Source of the DNA: a virus
Length of the DNA: 64,000 nucleotides
Direction: 5' to 3' (one strand)
IMG/VR virus record: IMGVR_UViG_3300022752_000021
Positions 54,343 through 64,000 of this stretch are shown here, piece after piece. The notes beneath the pieces are model-generated. The model was not told the origin of the DNA. It did no database searches and was given only the letters and a program-made list of their open reading frames with translations. Positions within the stretch are counted from its first letter, which is position 1, and the number at the start of each line of letters is the position of its first letter. The translations under genes and the position numbers were made by a program.

Positions 54343-57300
54343 ATGGCATTACCAAATATTCCGATTGGTCAAAATTTTGAATCTCTTATCAGTGCTTTTG
54401 AAGCAATAGGAGGATCGACTGCATCTGCAATCGCTCGTTGGGTTGATGTTCCGTTTCAAATGGCAGCAGGAAAGTTTGAAATAGGAGTAGTTGCTTTTCA
54501 TGCGGATGGAATTGATAAAGTAGAGTTTTCTGCCAACGGTGGTACTTTTATACCCGTAACAGAACCAACATTCAGTGAAAAGTTCAATCTACCTTGTTAT
54601 CGCGCGGAGATTGATCTCGACACAGTTGCAGAAGGGAAGCAGATAGAAATAAGAGCAGTTGTTACCCCCATACAGGGAATACCTCTTATTTTACAAAATT
54701 CGGAAGGACTCACGGGGTTCACGGCGAATACTGGAAAGCATTCATTTTATGTAACTCGTAGAACAAGCAATCCCCGTGAAATATTCGTAGCAAATAGTGG
54801 CTCTTCAACAAATAGTGGATTGACCACCGCATCTCCAAAACAAACTATTCTGCAAGCACTACAAACACTTCGTGGGTCAAATGCTGCACAGATTGGTGGT
54901 GATTTCATCACCATCACCGAACCAGGAATTTACACCATACCAAACGACAAAGGTTCTGCCTGTAGTAACTCAACTTGGACCACTATAAGAATATCGGATG
55001 GATTGACCACTGGCGATGTTTCTATTTCTGCCATTCCATTTGGAATGACTTCACCCGATGGATTTACTGGAGAGATTACTACTAATGATAGAGATGGTAG
55101 AGGAATAATAAGAACAAAGTGGACAAGACTTTGTTTTACAAACATGTTGTTTGATATGAAGAATTTGAACACTTATTATTTGTCTCCTGGTCAAAATCTT
55201 TGGTTTGATAAGTGTATTCTCAATGATAGCAATGGTCCTGGCAATCATTATCTTGATAGAACATATACTAGTAGACAACAACACCTACATAAAGGCTCGT
55301 TTGCAACCGATTCAATCGCAGCAAATCTGCCGTATGCATTTTGTGGAATATCTCTCGTTCGTGGGTGCCACACTGTTAAAATATTTGGAGATAACTATGC
55401 AAATAGCCCTTGTGTTCTTGCTTGCTCTATGCAAGATACACTTGGTTCTTTGACCGACAATCCACACAGTGACATATTTCAATATTTTGTTCCGCTTAGT
55501 AATGCTGTTGTCTATAAATTTCATGCGTGGAATGTAGAACACGAAACTCAAAATTTTTATTGGGATGATCTTCCAGCGGCTGGATTTTTTGATTCGGCAT
55601 GGGTGGATATTGTTATTCAAAATAATCACACCCTCAGCCCATCAGTTCCAAAATCTCAATTCAGCAACGAACATGATAATGTTTTATTTTTCAATATTAC
55701 TGCCCCAAACCAATACTGGACTTTACGAGATGATTGGTTAGATCCAGAAAAACAATTCCGTGTAGTCGGAAACAAGGTTATCATTAGAAACTGTGTGCTT
55801 GAGTATATTTCAAGAGGAGGCGCACAACCAGGTCTGCCACCAGGAGTTTCTGTTGAGTACACACATTTTTCAAATCCAAATTCAATAACAGAAATGGGTG
55901 TAGACACCCCTGGTCTTATTGAACCCACCAGTGGTAAAGTTTTAGTTTCTGTTTCAGATTCACCAACATCAGAGATGTGGGGTATTGTTGGGGATGGAGC
56001 AGCAGCAACGATAGCCAGCGGCATAGAGATCCCAAAACTAACATCACCAAACCCAAATAGAGGATTTGTATCAGAGGAAGGATTTGTAACTCCAGGATAT
56101 TTGCTTCTACCAAAAGTTACAAATATCTCAAATCCACAACCAACCTCTAATCACCCCATCACCATAAGTCTTACCACAACCGATATCAAAAAGGATATTA
56201 GTTGGGCAAGTAAAGACACGTCCAATGGTATAACTCATGGTGCAGATTCTTTCTACACCCAAACACTACAGATACCAAACTACCTAGAAAGAATTGAGGA
56301 TGTCACGGATCCAGCAGATGATCCTGATATTGGACCAAGTAGAAGCAATGAAATATCAGGAAATACTGCGGCAATACCAAATCAAGGTGGGGTTTACATT
56401 TCAGGCGGAACAGTTGATATAACATTGAATACAACTATCGGTGCTGTAAACTCAATCGACGTAAAGAACCTTGCAACAAAGTTCCAAACATCAGTTCGAA
56501 GTGCCAATGGAAATACCTTTGCAGTCATTCTTCATGGTAAATCTGTACCAAATCCATTTTTGGGTGAGTACAAATATGTTGCACCACAATCTATGTCAAG
56601 AGATGAGTGGGAAGAGTTGGGTCGCCCATCCAATGTAGATCCAGACGGAGTTCACTATGAAAATTTCTACAAAGAGTTTGCGTACATTGCATTCAACAGT
56701 AAAGAATCACCAATAACCTCATCTATAACAAGTAATCAAATATCATTCCGTAAATCACCACACCACACTTATATCAACTTCCCAAGATCGGAAATGGATG
56801 GCTTGTCCTTGTCCAATGGAGCAACTGGCTTATCGTATATTGATCTTGTAACAGGAACATCGTCCGTAGCAACGAAGATTGCTAAACTACAAGCACTTCC
56901 AACAGGAATAACATGCAATATAAATTCCTATAGTGGTGAGTTTACAAATGCTGGAAAAAGAAATGCAGCAGGAACAAATCCACCTTCAATCACATGCACA
57001 AATAAGCCAAGAAAATTCGTTGGAGTTGTAGAAAATGGAAACAAAATTGTAATACAGGGAATTGCTGCAAGTGGAAGTAATTCTATTTTCAGTGGTGTAA
57101 ACAGATACGAACATAATGGGGGAGTGGGATCAGTAAATCCAAATTATCAACTATTTACACTAGATGATCCAACCATTCCACACTATGCTCTTGCAGAACC
57201 ATCAATAGATCCACCAGGTCCACAAGAAACTATTCACTTCAGATTCCTAAATCCTGTATCGTTTGGAAATAAGAATCTTCTTGCGTATAAAGTTCCAGTC

Positions 57301-57591
57301 GGTGGAACAAGATTGTTTGGTGCTTCACCGAATATAGGAATCACTGCTGGTTCTTATGTAAGAATAAGTGGTTCTGCGTCGAACAGTGGAATCTATCAAG
57401 TACTCTCTGTTGCAGATGGTATTGAAGGTGATACTGCTTCAAATATCAAGACAAATGGATCGACCGAGTATCAGTATCTTGAACTAAGTAGAGGGATTAC
57501 ACCTGTAGAACAGGCTGTTGGTAACAGTATAAAAATTGAAAATGTGTCTCATCTGCCTATACTACACATCAAGTATAGACAACCAGTATAA
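54343..57591 (+). CDS. Large virion/receptor-binding-like protein, paralog B
   Basis: GVVAFHADGIDKV; IFVANSGS...GLTTASPKQTI; HSDIFQ; near-identical C-terminus HLPILHIKYRQPV. Confidence 0.65.
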   Translation: MALPNIPIGQNFESLISAFEAIGGSTASAIARWVDVPFQMAAGKFEIGVVAFHADGIDKVEFSANGGTFIPVTEPTFSEKFNLPCYRAEIDLDTVAEGKQIEIRAVVTPIQGIPLILQNSEGLTGFTANTGKHSFYVTRRTSNPREIFVANSGSSTNSGLTTASPKQTILQALQTLRGSNAAQIGGDFITITEPGIYTIPNDKGSACSNSTWTTIRISDGLTTGDVSISAIPFGMTSPDGFTGEITTNDRDGRGIIRTKWTRLCFTNMLFDMKNLNTYYLSPGQNLWFDKCILNDSNGPGNHYLDRTYTSRQQHLHKGSFATDSIAANLPYAFCGISLVRGCHTVKIFGDNYANSPCVLACSMQDTLGSLTDNPHSDIFQYFVPLSNAVVYKFHAWNVEHETQNFYWDDLPAAGFFDSAWVDIVIQNNHTLSPSVPKSQFSNEHDNVLFFNITAPNQYWTLRDDWLDPEKQFRVVGNKVIIRNCVLEYISRGGAQPGLPPGVSVEYTHFSNPNSITEMGVDTPGLIEPTSGKVLVSVSDSPTSEMWGIVGDGAAATIASGIEIPKLTSPNPNRGFVSEEGFVTPGYLLLPKVTNISNPQPTSNHPITISLTTTDIKKDISWASKDTSNGITHGADSFYTQTLQIPNYLERIEDVTDPADDPDIGPSRSNEISGNTAAIPNQGGVYISGGTVDITLNTTIGAVNSIDVKNLATKFQTSVRSANGNTFAVILHGKSVPNPFLGEYKYVAPQSMSRDEWEELGRPSNVDPDGVHYENFYKEFAYIAFNSKESPITSSITSNQISFRKSPHHTYINFPRSEMDGLSLSNGATGLSYIDLVTGTSSVATKIAKLQALPTGITCNINSYSGEFTNAGKRNAAGTNPPSITCTNKPRKFVGVVENGNKIVIQGIAASGSNSIFSGVNRYEHNGGVGSVNPNYQLFTLDDPTIPHYALAEPSIDPPGPQETIHFRFLNPVSFGNKNLLAYKVPVGGTRLFGASPNIGITAGSYVRISGSASNSGIYQVLSVADGIEGDTASNIKTNGSTEYQYLELSRGITPVEQAVGNSIKIENVSHLPILHIKYRQPV

Positions 57592-57742
57592 AGCAAAACC
57601 CCCCGTGTGAAGAGCGGGGGGTTTGCACATGTGGGTGTCAAATCATAACCCACTCGACAGTATTTATGGAAAGAAACAACCCCCGAGAAATCGGGGGTTG
57701 TCGGGCAAGAGATGCTATCTCAAGCGGGGTTGTTGTGTATAT

Positions 57743-58408
57743 TTAGCGACGGCGGCGACCGATCAGACCAGCCATACCAAGAAGAGCAATCGCTCCTGGA
57801 GTTGGTGCAGAAAGGACAAATGCTCCACCCGCTGTATTGCCGATGAATGTTGGAAGTTGTCGCCAATCTCCCCAATCATACTGACCATTATCGTCTGTGA
57901 ACCAGAAGTCTTGGACATTTTGACCTTGTGACCAAACAAATTGATCGCCAGCAGAATCGTTGAGGTAAGCACCAATGTTCATGTAATATGAACCAGCAGC
58001 GAGTTGAGTCACAAATGGTACATAAAATTCATAAACTGGTTCACCAAAGAAGTTGAATTCGCCTGTATCAACAACAGAAATGTTGCTGATGTTGATATTG
58101 GTTGAACTAACTGGCGAACTAAAGTCTGAATTCCACACAATGACTTGGAATCCAGTAATGTTTCCGATACCTTGACCATTGAAACCATTCGAAGAACCCC
58201 ACCACCTCAAAGAAGAAGTTGTGTATGAATCTTCAAGATCAAATCCTTGCGCTCCGCTTTGTGCATAAGTGTATGAACCACTCGACTTGTATGCATCAGA
58301 GTAGAAGCCAACCGTGTCAACTACTGGATTGTTCACGACGATGAAATCTGCACTTGCGACTGAGCCACACGACACGGCTGCTACCAAACCAACGATAAAG
58401 TTTCTCAT
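57743..58408 (-). CDS. Secreted protein with PEP-CTERM-type sorting signal
   Basis: Signal peptide ending ASA^D; C-terminus SAPTPGAIALLGMAGLIGRRRR. Confidence 0.85.
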   Translation of the reverse strand: MRNFIVGLVAAVSCGSVASADFIVVNNPVVDTVGFYSDAYKSSGSYTYAQSGAQGFDLEDSYTTSSLRWWGSSNGFNGQGIGNITGFQVIVWNSDFSSPVSSTNINISNISVVDTGEFNFFGEPVYEFYVPFVTQLAAGSYYMNIGAYLNDSAGDQFVWSQGQNVQDFWFTDDNGQYDWGDWRQLPTFIGNTAGGAFVLSAPTPGAIALLGMAGLIGRRRR

Positions 58409-58484
58409 TCTATCTCCTTTTTTTAGATATCACAGCAACCACCATGGTTCCTGATATGGACATTGTATCATATTTATGTCACTG

Positions 58485-60428
58485 TCAAGTGGTAAGATCA
58501 ACGATTTCACATTTATCACCAGAGCAAGCAAATGTTTGTGAACTCTTGGTACTATCTGTCTTTTCGTAATTCTTCAACAGTGACCAATCTACATTTTTAG
58601 GCATTTCTACAGCCAAAGCGGTGTATGCAATCTTGGTGCATTCCTGATATGGTGCTTGCTGATACGAGTGATCTGAATGTGGCAAGAACGAAATGCCACT
58701 GATCTCATCGAAATGCTTATACACGAATGCTCCTACCTCCATCCATTCATGTTCACGCACGGTAATGGTGATGGATGGCTTGTGTTCGCACCAATGACGC
58801 TGATACTCAAGCCACAACTGAAGATGCTGAATTGCAGTAAGATCGTTACGAGTAATAGATCCTTCTGCCTTCATTGGGAACGAGAAAACCATTGTGTGGT
58901 CTGGCTTCATCACGCAAGGCTCTGCGGGGAATCCCATGTCGATCATCATCTGACACAGAGGATCTTTGCGATCTGCACGAACAGTGCGAATGTAATATTC
59001 ACTATGTCGTGGGTGAATTCCCGATGCAGAGTCTGTTAGTTGTGAAACAGTTCCACTTGGCTTGATGCATGTGATTGCCGCAGCAGGATTGATTCCAATC
59101 TTTGCTGCCCATTCTTTATTTGTATTGATTGCTTCTTCTTTTAGAGAAGTCAAAATTTCTGATAGTGGTGCTGTAGAAACTACAGTTTCTCCACGCATCA
59201 TCTTATTATCAAGAATGCCTGTGAGAGAAACACCTAGAAGTGCTTCTTCTTCACAGTTCTTCTGCCACGATGATGAGAGATATGGGAAATGTGTAAGAGA
59301 TGCTTGCCATGTTCCCAGAATTGATGCAAGTCGAACCTTACGGCATAGTGATTCATAGGTGTCTTCAGGACGAACAACAACTTCCGTGAGGTTGCAGAAC
59401 TCGCAATCACGAAGGATGATCTCGCTGCATGGATTCGTTCCAAACTCATAGTTTGGATCGCGACGATCACCCAACTTCGCAACAGTCTTCTGTGCTGCCG
59501 CACGATTGAAGATTCCACGCTCTCCGCTCTTGGACTTGTAGAGCGAAACCCACTCGTCCATGAACACGCCGATCTCAGGCTTCTCCTTGTATGCAACTGA
59601 GTTGTTTGCAAGTGCGCGTTGCGGATTGTCATTCCACCATGCACCTGTCTTTGCATCTCTCATTCTTTCATCTGTGAGATTTGAGAGTGAGATAAGAGCA
59701 GAACGTCGGACTCCTCCAACAACGACAATCTCCGCAATCTTGCAGACGATATCATGGCATTCGATGCTAGTAAGTTTTCGTCCTGCTGCGCGTCTAAAGG
59801 TGTCAACGGTGAATCTAAACAGATCCTCCAATGGCTTTGGTCCGCTCGCGCGACCTCCAAAAGTCTTAAGTCTTGCTCCCGCAGGACGAATCTTTGACAG
59901 ATCCCATTGGGGTACTTGACCTCCAATAAGAAGAGAGACGAGTTCCCTGAAAGCCTTTGCCCAACCCGCCTTCGAATCCTGCACCACAATCGTGGTATCA
60001 GAGTCAGTGAATGCTTCAGCGATTGTAGGAAGTTTCTCGACATATTGCCTCTCCACGGAAAAGCCTACGCCTGTGCCGCACATCAATATGTAGAGGATCT
60101 CATCAAATGCACGAACACGGTTTACGGCAACATATGAACAGTTGTAGCCAGCGGTATTATCTCGCTTGAGTGCCTCTCCTGCGGTCATGAGAGAACGCAT
60201 GGAAGGCATGATCTCAAGGTTGAGGACAGCGGTCTTGAGTTCCTGACGAAGTGCAGGATCAAGGTTGTACTTCCTATTGTTCACAAGGTGTTCATCGAAG
60301 AACTTGAAGTAGCGTTCCACAGTCTCTTCCCATGTCTCTCGCCTACCCTCCTTTTCTAGCCATCTTGAATACCTTGAGATGAAAATAAAGTGTTGATATG
60401 GGGTAGGAAGCATTTGGAAAGAACTCAT
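58485..60428 (-). CDS. nrdJ: Class II (adenosylcobalamin-dependent) ribonucleotide reductase
   Basis: YNCSY, GTGVGFSV, VVVGGVRRSA, TNPCSEI, CNLTE, CIKPSGT, C-terminal CSGDKC. Confidence 0.93.
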   Translation of the reverse strand: MSSFQMLPTPYQHFIFISRYSRWLEKEGRRETWEETVERYFKFFDEHLVNNRKYNLDPALRQELKTAVLNLEIMPSMRSLMTAGEALKRDNTAGYNCSYVAVNRVRAFDEILYILMCGTGVGFSVERQYVEKLPTIAEAFTDSDTTIVVQDSKAGWAKAFRELVSLLIGGQVPQWDLSKIRPAGARLKTFGGRASGPKPLEDLFRFTVDTFRRAAGRKLTSIECHDIVCKIAEIVVVGGVRRSALISLSNLTDERMRDAKTGAWWNDNPQRALANNSVAYKEKPEIGVFMDEWVSLYKSKSGERGIFNRAAAQKTVAKLGDRRDPNYEFGTNPCSEIILRDCEFCNLTEVVVRPEDTYESLCRKVRLASILGTWQASLTHFPYLSSSWQKNCEEEALLGVSLTGILDNKMMRGETVVSTAPLSEILTSLKEEAINTNKEWAAKIGINPAAAITCIKPSGTVSQLTDSASGIHPRHSEYYIRTVRADRKDPLCQMMIDMGFPAEPCVMKPDHTMVFSFPMKAEGSITRNDLTAIQHLQLWLEYQRHWCEHKPSITITVREHEWMEVGAFVYKHFDEISGISFLPHSDHSYQQAPYQECTKIAYTALAVEMPKNVDWSLLKNYEKTDSTKSSQTFACSGDKCEIVDLTT

Positions 60429-60578
60429 GTGAAACTGTACTCCTTGGTTTTGTTGTGCTGTCTATTTAGCGTCGAGCGATGGATATCGTACACCGAATCC
60501 ATCTGGATTCAAGCATACTAAAATATTGTTTGATAGAAAGTTATTTGTGGTCAGACATTCTCAGCAAAGATGAAATCA

Positions 60579-60986
60579 TCAACCCATTACCTCAAGTTTC
60601 CTCTGCTCAGTCAAAATACCAATCGAAACAAGGTAATTCATACCAGCGATTGTTGTTGGATCATCCGTGTAGATTTCCTGTGCAGCACCAGCCAATTGCT
60701 GAAAATCTGCCACTAGAGAATCCGTGATTGCCTCAGCACGAAATGCTGCTCGTTCCTCTGCTGTAAATCTGAGCAGAAACTGATATGAAGTATAGACTCG
60801 TTGGATTGGCGTTGGTGTCCCTGTAAACCTAGGAGAACCCCTGTCGTTGTAAAGTTGTCCCAACAGACATTCTTCATCATCGACAAGAGGAACCAGGAAA
60901 AACCCCAAGCCAGGATCCCAAGATGGTTCGGCTATTGCAATGGTTTCAACGATGTTTGTTTCTGAATTTATGACTGCACAGCGCAT
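60579..60986 (-). CDS. Tail-fibre-associated small protein
   Basis: YQFLLRFTAEERAA...LVSIGILTEQR; follows the fibre genes. Confidence 0.6.
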   Translation of the reverse strand: MRCAVINSETNIVETIAIAEPSWDPGLGFFLVPLVDDEECLLGQLYNDRGSPRFTGTPTPIQRVYTSYQFLLRFTAEERAAFRAEAITDSLVADFQQLAGAAQEIYTDDPTTIAGMNYLVSIGILTEQRKLEVMG

Positions 60987-60990
60987 TTTA

Positions 60991-61932
60991 TTACCTCGCC
61001 CAGATGATTACATATCCGTTTCCACCTCTACCACCAGCACCAGCATTGATGGTGTTCAACGAACCACCGCCACCGCCGCCACCGCCGCCACGATAGCCAG
61101 CACCACCGGCATTTGCCGATGTTGTTTGACCACCACCCCCGCCAGGACCACCATGCCCCGGTCCCATTTGACCTCCCCACCAAATTGAGTTGATAGTATT
61201 TGCATCCAATGGGTTTGTGGCAGAGTTAATAACTCCACCAGCAAGGGCATTTCCTGCTCTTGCTATATCTGAATTTGTCACTGTGGTGGTAGTTGATGTA
61301 GGATACGATATTGCTCCTCCCGAACCAGCCGTTGGAGTGGTGGAGACTCCTCCACCACCAGCACCACCATTTGTGAATGGCGTTGAAATTGTTATCGAAG
61401 TTCCTCCAAGGTTTGTTCCTCCAGCACCTCCACCACCAGAGGAAACAACCAGACCTTTCATCATTCTGTTTCCAGCACCACCCGCTGTTCCCGCTGTGTT
61501 TGACCCACCAGAGCCGAATGCTCCTCCAGCAGCGACCATGAGTATTCCAGGTTTTCCTGGAATTGTTATGGTTGTAGCACTACCAGGACTTCCGTTTGAT
61601 CCGCTATTAGTATCGGATGAACTAGCAGCACCACCCGCTCCTCCAGCACCAATCGTTATGAGAAGCGTGTTTCCTGCCTTAAGACCCATCGTGTGAATGT
61701 CAAAATCCTCGTAGCACATTGCGCCACCCGCGCCACCCCCACCCCCAAAGGAGTTAACACCGCTTGCTCTACGACCTCCTCCACCTCCACCCCCTCCTCC
61801 ACCAACTGCGAGGATGGAGAGGATTTTAGTTCCAGGCGGAATTGCAAAGGAACCGCTTGAATCGAATTCCTGCACACTGAGGTACGAGTTCGAACCATTG
61901 CCAATAGGAAAAGCAAAAAAGCCATTGTTCAT
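60991..61932 (-). CDS. Glycine-rich tail-fibre domain protein
   Basis: FDSSGSFAIP...AVGGGGGG...GGRGGNGYVIIW. Confidence 0.75.
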   Translation of the reverse strand: MNNGFFAFPIGNGSNSYLSVQEFDSSGSFAIPPGTKILSILAVGGGGGGGGGGRRASGVNSFGGGGGAGGAMCYEDFDIHTMGLKAGNTLLITIGAGGAGGAASSSDTNSGSNGSPGSATTITIPGKPGILMVAAGGAFGSGGSNTAGTAGGAGNRMMKGLVVSSGGGGAGGTNLGGTSITISTPFTNGGAGGGGVSTTPTAGSGGAISYPTSTTTTVTNSDIARAGNALAGGVINSATNPLDANTINSIWWGGQMGPGHGGPGGGGGQTTSANAGGAGYRGGGGGGGGGSLNTINAGAGGRGGNGYVIIWAR

Positions 61933-62342
61933 AGAAGACCCGACTCCACAAGGATATTGAATGTTTCGGTGTTATTTGTGGATGCACGAAGAAGTGCCTG
62001 ACCACCACCAGGCAACATGGTTCCAACCAACTCGGAAACTTCCATTCTAAATGCAGCGACCGATGTGCTTGGTGTGATTGCAGGAACTAGTTTTTCACAA
62101 ATCAAACGGTTTGTTGTTCCGTTGTCCAAGGAAATGAAGAAACGGATAACGCCAGCAGTGGTTGTGCCTGTTGCACAAACTGTTACTCTTATTATTCGTT
62201 CACCGACTCCATCAGCGGCTGCTGCGGCTGGTCCTGTCGCTATGGTTACCAGAGTTCCTGTTCCATCACGATTGGTATTTGCAGTTGTTACTTGACTGAT
62301 CTCTAGATTTGGTTGTGCTGTATATTGTGCTGTCGTTGCCAT
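61929..62342 (-). CDS. Tail-fibre-associated protein
   Basis: TANTNRDGTGT...TTAGVIRFF; coupled operon. Confidence 0.6.
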   Translation of the reverse strand: MATTAQYTAQPNLEISQVTTANTNRDGTGTLVTIATGPAAAAADGVGERIIRVTVCATGTTTAGVIRFFISLDNGTTNRLICEKLVPAITPSTSVAAFRMEVSELVGTMLPGGGQALLRASTNNTETFNILVESGLL

Positions 62343-62351
62343 TTTGTACTC

Positions 62352-64000
62352 CTATATTATTCCCATTGCCATCAAAACAAAATCCGGAACACGGCTGGAA
62401 ACTGTGAGTGTGTTTCCACTTTGTGTGATTGTAACATTTGTTCCAGCCGTAATTCCTATCGCACCAGTCTTCCCATTCACCGAATTCACAATGTTTGGTG
62501 CAAAAACATTGACCCCAAAGTTTGCCTCTATATTGCTGATGCTGAATAGATTTGTGCCAGTATTATCAACTCCGTTGTATATTGTAAAAACACCAATATT
62601 GTTCTCAAGGTAAGTATTGGTTGCTGTCGTTCCACTTCTGCCTAGTCTTATACCACCAACTCTACTCGCACCACCAGATGCTGCCTGTGCAATGCGTAAA
62701 CCTGCTCCATCGGTGGAAGCAATGATATCCACCGTGTTTGTCGTTGATGTGGCAGCAATCGTTGAATCGAATGTCGCACCGCTTGTCACATACAGATTCG
62801 AAGCAGTCAAACCACCATCAATAACAACAACAGAATTTGCTGGATCTAGTATTATAGATCCATCACCAGTTGCTATCGTTGCATTCGATGTATCGTGGTT
62901 AATTCTAACATAGTCATTAGCAGTGCTGCCACCAGCATAAATGTATAAAGTTGGATGTGCATGATCTGTTGTTGGTATTCTATTAGAACTTGTTCTTTGA
63001 TTATTTTGAACTAAAACCAAAGAACCACTTGATGATGAATTTTGATCCCCTGTCAATAGACCAATGGACAAACATTGTTGTCCGCCACTACTTCTCTGTG
63101 AAAGTGTGTAATATGATGATGCACCAAAAGTAAAATCTTTGCCGTCGCTAATATTACAATTGGTATCATATAAAAAACTACCAGCATTTAGTGTGCCATC
63201 GGAAGATCTAACAGTTCCTAATTTTACACCATATGTCCATGTTGTCGTATCAATATACATTCCATAAGCACTAGCACTGGTCGGTGCTGGCATGATGTCA
63301 ACTCTACCATTTGTTGAATTTTGTATATACTCATCATTTGGTAGTATCAAAGTTCCAGTAGTTAAATCCACATTTCCGCTAACGATTACTGAATCAGATG
63401 GATTGGATAAAAATAGTTGATTGGAACCATCATTAACAAATATGTAAGTGCTATTTCCATCACCATTGTAATCGCCTATGGAAGTTGTGTTAAATGCATC
63501 ACCAATGTTTAAATTTGATATTGAAGTCAAATTACCACTGCCATTAAACTTTATCGTTGATCCAGAACTAAATGTTGCACCAGAAGCAGAAATACCAGCA
63601 GAAAAAGATTGTAATTGTGTAAAGGTTTGTGCTATATTTGTTTTCGCAACATTCGTAACAGCACCAGTTGCACCATTGACTGAAGTAACATAATCCGTTG
63701 GAATAGCACCTGTTGCACCTGTGTTGCCTTGAATTCCTTGAGAACCTGTTGCACCTGTTGCACCTGTTGCTCCTTGAGAACCTGTAGCACCTATTGCACC
63801 TGTGGCTCCAGTTGGTCCAAGTTGAGTATACATTACCTGATGAGCAGTAAGAATTACCGATGGGATTGCTGGTCTAGTAGGACTAGTTCCCGCTGGATCT
63901 GCAATAAGTTCTAAACGAGTATCTGATGTTCGCCACATCAATTCAACATAATCGTTAGCACTAACTTGGAGCATATAGTTCCAAGCAGCAACGGTTTTTG
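62352..64000 (-). CDS. Tail fibre protein with collagen-like repeats; 5' truncated
   Basis: G-X-Y repeats (GATGATGSQG), VTSVNGATGAV motifs; frame open to the right edge. Confidence 0.8.
   Translation of the reverse strand, partial: KTVAAWNYMLQVSANDYVELMWRTSDTRLELIADPAGTSPTRPAIPSVILTAHQVMYTQLGPTGATGAIGATGSQGATGATGATGSQGIQGNTGATGAIPTDYVTSVNGATGAVTNVAKTNIAQTFTQLQSFSAGISASGATFSSGSTIKFNGSGNLTSISNLNIGDAFNTTSIGDYNGDGNSTYIFVNDGSNQLFLSNPSDSVIVSGNVDLTTGTLILPNDEYIQNSTNGRVDIMPAPTSASAYGMYIDTTTWTYGVKLGTVRSSDGTLNAGSFLYDTNCNISDGKDFTFGASSYYTLSQRSSGGQQCLSIGLLTGDQNSSSSGSLVLVQNNQRTSSNRIPTTDHAHPTLYIYAGGSTANDYVRINHDTSNATIATGDGSIILDPANSVVVIDGGLTASNLYVTSGATFDSTIAATSTTNTVDIIASTDGAGLRIAQAASGGASRVGGIRLGRSGTTATNTYLENNIGVFTIYNGVDNTGTNLFSISNIEANFGVNVFAPNIVNSVNGKTGAIGITAGTNVTITQSGNTLTVSSRVPDFVLMAMGII

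Noticed and set aside
52786-57597. Diversity-generating retroelement template/variable repeat pair
   Set aside because: Differences are not adenine-specific, the repeats are 1.4-kb coding paralogs, and no reverse transcriptase is seen
58485-60428. Intein or intron in nrdJ
   Set aside because: Length and motif spacing are continuous, with no splicing motifs

Overview
This is a 64-kb segment of a large T4-like (myovirus-type) phage genome. Supporting hallmarks are gp32 SSB, gp33, TATAAATA late promoters, a RuvC-like resolvase, an exonuclease, a class II RNR and tail-fibre genes. Two phage-encoded proteins with PEP-CTERM-type tails (VPAPSALALL..RRRK, PTPGAIALLG..RRRR) suggest a Planctomycetota (Phycisphaerae-like) host; this is an inference. 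Layout: (1) 1-12.7 kb, a dispersed array of 9 tRNA genes (a tenth lies at 20 kb), several atypical, interleaved with four HNH endonucleases; (2) 12.7-26.4 kb, an early region of small cassette-like genes with a shared AAACACACAATG start motif, plus a MoxR AAA+/vWA pair; (3) 27-43.7 kb, a cluster of basic late proteins, several with T4 internal-protein capsid-targeting leaders (MK[S/T][Y/F]x[E/Q/R]F[I/L]xEA) and many internal prohead-protease-like [L/I/M/V]-x-E sites; (4) 44-47.4 kb, replication and transcription genes; (5) 47.5-64 kb, structural and fibre genes including a tandem duplicated cassette, plus nrdJ. The strongest candidate for a new system is region 3: apparent capsid-packaged polyproteins whose cleavage would release GNAT-, nucleotidyltransferase-, ADP-ribosyltransferase-, peptidase- and ligase-like modules for injection. 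All calls come from manual motif reading; no database searches were run.
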